Under the pieces are notes generated by a model. It was given only the letters and a program-made list of their open reading frames with translations, searched no databases and was not told where the DNA came from. Shown piece by piece: positions 57,430 to 64,000 of a DNA stretch of 64,000 nt. Positions within the stretch are counted from its first letter, which is position 1; the number at the start of each line of letters is the position of its first letter. Source of the DNA: Candidatus Atabeyarchaeum deiterrae (lineage in GTDB: Archaea; Asgardarchaeota; Atabeyarchaeia; Atabeyarchaeales; Atabeyarchaeaceae); NCBI GenBank assembly GCA_037310415.1, contig CP147780.1, positions 2,528,001 through 2,592,000 of the forward strand. The letters run 5' to 3'. The position numbers and the translations under genes were made by a program.

Positions 57430-58143
57430 ATGCAAACGAAAGTGAAAAAGGAACTAGTTACGATTCTGTTGCTGGTTTCAGTATTGGTAACGGCACAAAG
57501 TACTTCAATGGTTAATGCAGCTGACTCATCTATCTTTGGAGTCACGCCGGGTCAAAGATCTCAGTGGCTCGTCATGGATTCTAGCAACGTGACCCTTGAG
57601 TGGATTCAAGAGGACTTCACGCACGTCGCCTACTATCAGGTTCCTGTGGGATCTATCATTAACTTGACCATAACGAACACAGTTGACAATAGGTGCAACG
57701 GAACTATATCGATCGGGAACCTCACCCGGACCAATGTGCCGATGTCAGAAGTCTCTTTCAACTTGATCCTCGGATGGTGGCCTTTCCAACCAGGACTAGT
57801 ATGCCCTATCAACTGGGATGTGCAGAAGCTAAATGCCACACAACACGGATTCACGGTGACAGAAACAACCATCGGAGGCATTCAAGCAATTACCTTCAAG
57901 TATCTAACAGGTAGTCAAGGAACTATCTTGGTTTATGACAAAACTAGTGGGCTGCTGATCAACGGGTATGGAAAGTTCACATCAGTAATTGAGGTAGCCT
58001 TAGTTTCTACAGACATAGACGTTGGTTCGATTCAGTCTAGCTATCAGAACGTAGGAACAATCTATCTTGTACTTGAGATCATAACAGTGGTCGCGTCAGC
58101 GGCGATCATACTTGTTGTGGGGCGATCAGTTCGCAGAAAATAG
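57430..58143 (+). CDS. Secreted protein with C-terminal TM anchor, unknown function
   Basis: Signal peptide from ATG 57430 (ORF open from 57373), beta-rich body, YDKTSGLL motif, TM plus RRK. Confidence 0.7.
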   Translation: MQTKVKKELVTILLLVSVLVTAQSTSMVNAADSSIFGVTPGQRSQWLVMDSSNVTLEWIQEDFTHVAYYQVPVGSIINLTITNTVDNRCNGTISIGNLTRTNVPMSEVSFNLILGWWPFQPGLVCPINWDVQKLNATQHGFTVTETTIGGIQAITFKYLTGSQGTILVYDKTSGLLINGYGKFTSVIEVALVSTDIDVGSIQSSYQNVGTIYLVLEIITVVASAAIILVVGRSVRRK

Positions 58144-58175
58144 AACCTTGAGCAAGGACGAGGTCAATTTCCTCA

Positions 58176-58195
58176 CTTTTCTGTTTTTCTTTCAT
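58176..58195 (+). terminator. Possible archaeal oligo-T terminator
   Basis: CTTTTCTGTTTTTCTTTC about 30 nt after the stop of the ECF/DUF4430 operon. Confidence 0.35.
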
Positions 58196-58307
58196 CTCCT
58201 CTTTCCAAAATATATAAGATAACCGAAGCTACATGACTTCGTCAACAAGAACTAGATGATAGTTATCCTACAATGTATCGAGTTGAGCGGAGTGTGAGTA
58301 TCTAATC

Positions 58308-58712
58308 ATGGAAGATGAGGAACTGAAGTCACGAATGGCTTCGCTTTATGGTGAAGATGTAGTCGAAGCTGTTGCGGAGAACATGCTGAAGAGGATTGAA
58401 GATGAGTATGGAGAGATACCCTTCATCATCAGCTACTTGAGTCAGAAACCTGAGCTTCTTGTTTCACGAGCCATGAAGAATATGCAAGCCAAGAAGTATA
58501 TGAAGAGTCTGTCTCAGAAGGTTGTTGAGTTGATGTCCGTTTCGGCGGCTGTCGCCCTAGGCTGTGAATACTGCACCGACCTACACGTAAGGGCTGCCAT
58601 ACGTGCTGGGGCCACGGAGAATGAGGTTTTGAGTGCGATACTGGTGGCAAGTCAGATTGCTGAATCGTCAAGACTCTCCATTGGCTTGAGGAAGTTGGAC
58701 AGAAACAGGTAG
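58308..58712 (+). CDS. Carboxymuconolactone decarboxylase/AhpD family protein
   Basis: LSQKVVELM..AAVALGCEYC..LH..AA..AGAT.NEV. Confidence 0.88.
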   Translation: MEDEELKSRMASLYGEDVVEAVAENMLKRIEDEYGEIPFIISYLSQKPELLVSRAMKNMQAKKYMKSLSQKVVELMSVSAAVALGCEYCTDLHVRAAIRAGATENEVLSAILVASQIAESSRLSIGLRKLDRNR

Positions 58713-58780
58713 CAAACGTAGGAAATGAAGAGAGATTCAACCTCGACATTGTTCGTCGTTCCTATTAGAGAGCTCTCTAG

Positions 58781-60079
58781 TTAGTACTTTGTTTTTGGCT
58801 CCTTCACTCCAATGGCTACTAGTGCTACTGCAATGACTGTTACAAGGGCGTTCATCATGAACAGGCTCTGCATACCGCCTAATAGACCTCTCCCGAGAGA
58901 GAAGTTCACGAAGTCCACCAATAGTCCGCCAGCTATGGGACCGACAAACATCCCGAGGTCATTGAACATTCCTAGTATGCCAAACAAGGATCCGCGTCTT
59001 TCAGGTGGCGTTAGGTCCGCTATTAGGGCTGAAGTTGCTGGTCCGGCCATTGTGGCTATGAAAGCGAAGCCACCAATTACAGCTGCGAGCAACATTAGCG
59101 TGTTGGTCCATAGCATGCCAAGCCAGAAGAATGAACCTGACACTGCAGAGATCAAGAGAATCTTTCTCTTTCCATATTTGTCAGCTAGGGTTCCTCCAGT
59201 GACTGCAGCGAGTGCCCCAGTTAAACCGAATAACATGTAGACGAGACCTATATCGAGATATGTGCCACCGTAGATTTTGACTATGAGAATCGCGAGTAAT
59301 GTGTCTATCATCGAGAATGTAATCATTATAATGAAGGTTGAGGCGACTAAGAACGCAATGATTCTGCGTCTAGATCCGGGTTCAGGTTGAGTCTTCTTCT
59401 GAACGGGAGCTTCAGTATTTCCCTTCGCCTTTGGTGAAGGATTGATTCCTTTCTTGTCGCTCAAGAGGACAGGATCTTTTGCCTGCTGTTTTCCAGCTCC
59501 TCTGATTGGTTCTCTTAGGAACAGCAGACTTGATATGGCTCCAGCAATTGCGAGCAAAGCGCAGAAGTAGAATACTTCTTGTAAGCCCCAAATGTATGCG
59601 ATTATGCCTCCTAATGCGGGTGCTATTAATGTACCAACTTGGTAGGTCATAGAGACAGCACCGAGGGCTCTTGCCCTCACTTGCGTTGGTACGGTGTCTG
59701 CGATCAATGCGTCTGATGCTGGCCAAAGTGTTGAAGATGATACTCCTTGGACAGCTCGGTAGCTTATGAACTCAATTGGACTCGTCGCTGTTGAATAGAG
59801 GAGTGCGACGAATGAATAGGAAAACAGAGCTGGGACAATGGTCTTCTTTCTGCCGATTCTATCCGATAGCCGTCCTGTAAAAGGCTGAAGGAGTGCACGT
59901 GGGAGTGCAAACATAGATATGTACAAACCTATTATGAACAAGCTTCCTCCAGCTTGAGGAAGCATGTAGACTGACATCATTGGGGCGAACATTGAGAAGC
60001 CGAACATTACTACCAAGTTGCTGAACGTTAGGATAATGACATTGCGGTAATGCGCCAAGGTTCTAATTGAGCTTGCCAT
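58781..60079 (-). CDS. MFS transporter (DHA1-like)
   Basis: GRLSDRIGRK and GTLADKYGKR motif A copies; about 12 TM. Confidence 0.92.
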   Translation of the reverse strand: MASSIRTLAHYRNVIILTFSNLVVMFGFSMFAPMMSVYMLPQAGGSLFIIGLYISMFALPRALLQPFTGRLSDRIGRKKTIVPALFSYSFVALLYSTATSPIEFISYRAVQGVSSSTLWPASDALIADTVPTQVRARALGAVSMTYQVGTLIAPALGGIIAYIWGLQEVFYFCALLAIAGAISSLLFLREPIRGAGKQQAKDPVLLSDKKGINPSPKAKGNTEAPVQKKTQPEPGSRRRIIAFLVASTFIIMITFSMIDTLLAILIVKIYGGTYLDIGLVYMLFGLTGALAAVTGGTLADKYGKRKILLISAVSGSFFWLGMLWTNTLMLLAAVIGGFAFIATMAGPATSALIADLTPPERRGSLFGILGMFNDLGMFVGPIAGGLLVDFVNFSLGRGLLGGMQSLFMMNALVTVIAVALVAIGVKEPKTKY

Positions 60080-60165
60080 GTGGTACCGACCTGCCCTCTT
60101 TTTTCTGGTTTGCTAGTTGTCTCTTGAAGGCTTGTTTGAACCTATTTGCAATTGTAGCATGGAGT

Positions 60166-62208
60166 TCACGGATCTCTTCTCTCTTCTTTGAATGTCTCGT
60201 CCACCTTTGAGAAGAATTCCGCAAGTTCCTCTAACTCGCGTTTCTCGAGCGCAGCCCTAGTCAAGTCATCGACCATTTCATCGAGTTGATCAATCAGCCG
60301 GATTGCTAGACCACTGTTCCTTTCTCTTATGACTTCGCCTGTTCTACGTCGCAGGCGCACTCTTCCATCCACGTCAGCCTTGAATTTGAGGGATCCGCTT
60401 CTAAGTACTGCCTTGACTCTGGGCTTCACGAGCAGCAGGAGTCTTGGAGTTCGTATTTCCTTCTTCCTTCGCGTGATTCTTACAGTCGTGCCGTTGTCTC
60501 TGAGGCTCATCAAGTTTCCTTTGACATGAAGGTTCGTAGTTCCTTTGTGAAAGAGAATTTCCTCCTTTAGAGTCGCTATGTCAACATCTTTTCCACTTCG
60601 GTCCGAAATGGCGACTATAACTTTGCTGGGTTTGGTTATTGCATCCGGAATTGTTTCATCAACAGCTAAGAACGGACCGAATTTAACCACTGATTTGCCA
60701 GCGCTATCCCACACCTTGATGGGTCCAACTCTAACAAAGTCGCCCTCGGCATCACTGATGACGTCTATGAACGGAAGGTGTACTCTTTCATATCCTGGCC
60801 CTTCATCGACGCTGATACCTGGAACGTGAACGTGACCAAACTTCCCCGTTCTTTTTGCACCTGAGAACTGTGCTCGTTCCGCGAAGGACTTGAACTCGCC
60901 AAGTTCCTTCTCTGCTAGTTTCATGAGATCCTCAGATTCCTGGAAGCCTGCTTGCTTGATGTCTTCAGGGTATGCTTGCAGCCACTTCTGTTTGGCTTTC
61001 ATGCTCTGCCAGACTTTCGGATTAGTGAAAACGGTTGCGTTGCCATCAAATCGGTCAGCGAACTCCTTCACGTTTGCATTGACAGAGTACGCTCCTGAGC
61101 CAACGTAGATAGCACCGACCTCATTGTCCTCCAGCATCAATGGTATTGCAAGGGTTTCAGGCTTGCCGACCACTGAGACTCTCTCAGTATTAACTACCTG
61201 TCCGCCAAGTGGGAGGATGTATACTTTGTCGGATAGCTTCAGCCCTTTCAGCTCTTCCGTGAGGATTCTCGCCGATTCGCGGATAGGTTTCGAGAATCTC
61301 TCCCACCACCAAGTTCTCCTGATTTCATTCTCCTTTGCCTTCAAATCAGCCGATTTGCTTGTCGTAAGTGCTATCCCAGCAACTAGCCAACCTATGAAGA
61401 AAAAGAAGAGTGTTCGCTCTAGATCAGAGAGACTTGAGTACAAAAGGAACCCAATCCAACGGAAAATGAATGTGAGTATTATGGCGCCAAGGCATCCCCA
61501 CGCGATCGAATAAGAAGCTCTTTCGGCAGCAACCCAGCTAATTGGAAAAGAGGCACTTTGAACCACACTGCCAAGGATATAGACTCCAATGCCGAACGGA
61601 AGAAGATAGTCGCTGAAGACGTTCGGAGCCAGGCCTATTGGAGAAAGGAGCCCTTCTGTGCCTGATAACCAAAGCACCACGACTATGAAAGCGATGCCAT
61701 GAAGGAAACCGCCTATCCTATCCGAGAGCCGCGAGTATTTATCGGAAATGCTTCCCCCAAAGAAGATTGCAGCGGTTAGTGTCAGAATGAACGTGATGGA
61801 GAATATGCTCAGGTAAGTGAACCAAGGAGTTGCCACCAACAACCGGGAGGGAAGGAAGATCCACATCGCCAAGATGAGTTCAATTGAAACATTGGCAATC
61901 TTGCCAAAGATTAGTCTGGCTGCCCTAGTATCCAGCACACCATTTACGTACCCAACAATCACGGAAGCCATGAAGATGGGCTGCACGTAATCACCAAGGA
62001 AGTCGAAGGGCCATCTCCAAACGCTGAGAACCCAGAATGACAAGAAGATTACAAACATTACCCCTGACGCTTTCCTAACTCGGAACTTCAAACTATCTTG
62101 CTCACTCTCATGCCACTCGTAACCACCTCGAGCATGTGATCCGAGAGATTGAGCTTCTGAACGAACTCCATATCCATTCTCATCTTCTGCCATTTTCTGT
62201 CTCACCAC
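60166..62208 (-). CDS. Polytopic membrane protein with large beta-rich soluble C-terminal domain
   Basis: About 8 TM in the first ~280 aa; overlaps the upstream ArsR-like stop. Confidence 0.7.
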   Translation of the reverse strand: MVRQKMAEDENGYGVRSEAQSLGSHARGGYEWHESEQDSLKFRVRKASGVMFVIFLSFWVLSVWRWPFDFLGDYVQPIFMASVIVGYVNGVLDTRAARLIFGKIANVSIELILAMWIFLPSRLLVATPWFTYLSIFSITFILTLTAAIFFGGSISDKYSRLSDRIGGFLHGIAFIVVVLWLSGTEGLLSPIGLAPNVFSDYLLPFGIGVYILGSVVQSASFPISWVAAERASYSIAWGCLGAIILTFIFRWIGFLLYSSLSDLERTLFFFFIGWLVAGIALTTSKSADLKAKENEIRRTWWWERFSKPIRESARILTEELKGLKLSDKVYILPLGGQVVNTERVSVVGKPETLAIPLMLEDNEVGAIYVGSGAYSVNANVKEFADRFDGNATVFTNPKVWQSMKAKQKWLQAYPEDIKQAGFQESEDLMKLAEKELGEFKSFAERAQFSGAKRTGKFGHVHVPGISVDEGPGYERVHLPFIDVISDAEGDFVRVGPIKVWDSAGKSVVKFGPFLAVDETIPDAITKPSKVIVAISDRSGKDVDIATLKEEILFHKGTTNLHVKGNLMSLRDNGTTVRITRRKKEIRTPRLLLLVKPRVKAVLRSGSLKFKADVDGRVRLRRRTGEVIRERNSGLAIRLIDQLDEMVDDLTRAALEKRELEELAEFFSKVDETFKEERRDP

Positions 62209-62732
62209 TCTCTGCCCGCAACTTTTCTGAGTAGATAACCTACAAGACTGAGGGTAACACGACCCTTGAGCGTAGAAATGTATCTACCTCTCAACTGCTC
62301 TTGATCGACAAGTCCAGCTTCCTTCAGCTGCGTTAAATGGAAATTCAAAGGACTAGGACCTAGACCTGCGAGTTCCTGAAGCTGTGAGAAGTATTTTCCC
62401 TCAAGAAACAGAAACTTAAGTATTCTTATTCGATCAGCACTAGCTAACACCTTGAGGAGCACCTCTGCCTCCTCAGGCTCTATTACTTCAGCAAGCCTCG
62501 ACATCTCAAATGTCTTAGCACCGATTTCGATGATGCCCTCTTTCACGATGCCCTTGACCTCATCCATTAACACCTTTTCAATGCCGGGGGGACCAGTAGC
62601 ACGTCCTCTCGGTTCGGCTACATTTTGCTCCGGCGGTGTGACCTGCTCACCTTGACTTTGCCCTAACTTGCGTTTGAGTTCCGAGACTTCTTTCCTGAGC
62701 GCTTCGAATTGTTTTGAGAGTTCCTCCAACAC
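62202..62732 (-). CDS. ArsR-family wHTH transcriptional regulator with N-terminal coiled coil
   Basis: LKVLASADRIRILKFL...KYFSQL...GL.PSPLNFHL..LKEAGLV.Q...RGRY..T.KG. Confidence 0.88.
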   Translation of the reverse strand: MLEELSKQFEALRKEVSELKRKLGQSQGEQVTPPEQNVAEPRGRATGPPGIEKVLMDEVKGIVKEGIIEIGAKTFEMSRLAEVIEPEEAEVLLKVLASADRIRILKFLFLEGKYFSQLQELAGLGPSPLNFHLTQLKEAGLVDQEQLRGRYISTLKGRVTLSLVGYLLRKVAGREW

Positions 62733-62783
62733 TTTGGCCTCCCTTTTGGTCTTTCCCCATCATGATGGATTACCTTCTGATTA

Positions 62784-62827
62784 GGGACTTCAACTTCCCA
62801 AGTTACCTTGGGAGTTGCGAAAGTCCC
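62784..62827 (-). promoter_or_regulatory. Long GNRA-capped hairpin in the leader of the ArsR operon
   Basis: Minus strand GGGACTT-tcg-CAACT-CCCAAG-GTAA-CTTGGG-a-AGTTG-AAGTCCC (18 bp in three segments). Confidence 0.6.
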
Positions 62828-62980
62828 GTCCAGCACAGCCAGGTATCTCTTTCATGGATTTTTGATCGGCTGTCGCCCGATTCATCCATTATTTCTTGTT
62901 TGGATACTTTTCCAGACATTTCTTGCATCCTCCATTGTGTTGGTTTTATACTTCACTAAACTGTAGTAGTATGGTTTGTG

Positions 62981-63037
62981 CTTATAAAGATTTCCATTTT
63001 ATTGGATTTGAAACCTACTTCAATGAATATAACTTCA
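62981..63037 (-). promoter_or_regulatory. BRE/TATA plus two tandem TGAA-N6-TTCA palindromes (candidate operator)
   Basis: Minus strand GAAATCTTTATAAG; TGAAacctacTTCA at 63009-63022 and TGAAtataacTTCA at 63024-63037. Confidence 0.55.
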
Positions 63038-63177
63038 CAATAATGCACTTGTATCCATGGTGGAATAGCAAAAACAGTCGTCGGAAAACTGCTGAATCGA
63101 TACGTCCAGAGGAAAGCACTTGAAATCTGGGTCAGAATCGAGCATGATGCTGAAGGTTCGGATGGAGATTTGTTGGT

Positions 63178-64000
63178 TCAGGCGGATTTCAATGCCGCAG
63201 GGTATTTCTCGCGGATGACCTTGAGTGACTGCAGTGCTTGTGGCAAGGTTAGTTCGAATACTATTGGATGAGAGTATTCGTGATGCTTCAGGAAGTCGAG
63301 GAAATCAGTTATAGGTAGCTTTCCTTCGCCAAGTGGTAGGTGGTCTCTCTGAATTCTGACGCCCCTTTCTTTGTCTATCCGGTATCCATCGTGGAAGTGG
63401 ATGTCGATAATCCTGTCGAAGAATTCCTCAAGGAATCCCATGACTGTATAGTTGCCCGGGTAGCCTGCGAGTATGTGTCCAGTATCACAGCAGACTGATA
63501 CATCGTATTTGTCAATGAGCCTTTTCATATAGTTGAAAGGGAATTCAACAGTTTCTACGGCCAACTTCTTTGGTTTGAGGTTTGTTGATGAGATCAATTC
63601 CTTGATGCTCTGCTCCGTTAGCCCAGTCATTTGGCTTGCGATGAAGTCCTTGTAGATTTCACCGATCTCCAGTCGGGAGAATTCTGCTGCCAAGGCCCCT
63701 GTGGCGTGGACGACGTATGCTTCTGGCTGAAGTGGCTCACAAAGTTTCACCGCGTCGGATAGAACCTCGACTGATGCCTTGCGTATGAATTCATTGGGCG
63801 AAGCTGGCTCGACCGACCACAATGGTAAGTGGACTGTGTAGGAGATACCTTCACTCTTCTTGATCTTAACCAGCTCTTCAACTGCTTTCGCATTGATTGA
63901 ACCTGGTATCACGTATCCCAAGTCAAGACCCAACTCGATCACGCGGAATCCTTCCTTGATGCATCGCTTAACTATGGAAGGTGCGCTCAGACGGCTTAGA
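63178..64000 (-). CDS. TIM-barrel metalloenzyme, CbiR (cobamide remodelling phosphodiesterase)-like; 5' end outside the window
   Basis: YTVHLPL, YVVHATG, LAVET..FPF, CCDTGH, IHFHDG, DHLPLG, FEL; frame stays open upstream of 63942 to the window edge. Confidence 0.7.
   Translation of the reverse strand, partial: LSRLSAPSIVKRCIKEGFRVIELGLDLGYVIPGSINAKAVEELVKIKKSEGISYTVHLPLWSVEPASPNEFIRKASVEVLSDAVKLCEPLQPEAYVVHATGALAAEFSRLEIGEIYKDFIASQMTGLTEQSIKELISSTNLKPKKLAVETVEFPFNYMKRLIDKYDVSVCCDTGHILAGYPGNYTVMGFLEEFFDRIIDIHFHDGYRIDKERGVRIQRDHLPLGEGKLPITDFLDFLKHHEYSHPIVFELTLPQALQSLKVIREKYPAALKSA

Noticed and set aside
62784-62827. Hairpin as a SECIS element
   Set aside because: No clear SECIS core (UGA/GA quartet or GAA/A loop) and no in-frame UGA selenoprotein candidate nearby

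Overview
Archaeal chromosomal segment, most likely from an Asgard archaeon. The evidence is Rab-like and Arf-like small GTPases, RING-finger proteins, a longin-like partner, RadB, a Hel308-like helicase and a geranylgeranyl reductase; the lineage is inferred, not proven. No rRNA, tRNA or CRISPR array was recognised. Main content: (1) DNA-processing genes: Hel308/Ski2-like helicase with an inserted SWIM finger, RadB, a MinD/ParA ATPase divergent from an HTH protein, AlkD-like protein. (2) Several surface and membrane proteins, including three single-pass 'variable ectodomain-TM-double zinc ribbon-(RING)' proteins that look like receptor-type E3 ligases. (3) A small sulfur-relay operon: MoeB-C-like protein, THUMP-less ThiI, MoaD/SAMP. 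(4) A large polyol/glycerol catabolic region: GlpABC, alkyl-DHAP-synthase-like flavoprotein plus CCG Fe-S protein, two FGGY kinases, Zn-ADH, PfkB, PEPCK, 2-oxoacid/acetoin dehydrogenase E1a/E1b/E2, two lipoate ligases. (5) Probable cobamide uptake/remodelling genes. The glp region is interrupted by a compositionally distinct ~2.2-kb segment encoding a free-standing LAGLIDADG+HTH protein, preceded by a ~190-nt, apparently pseudoknotted putative RNA with its own TATA-like box. Best novelty candidates: this LAGLIDADG-RNA element, the modular membrane RING family, and the translationally coupled DxxGH Arf-family GTPase/longin-like pair. All family assignments come from motif recognition by eye; no searches were run.
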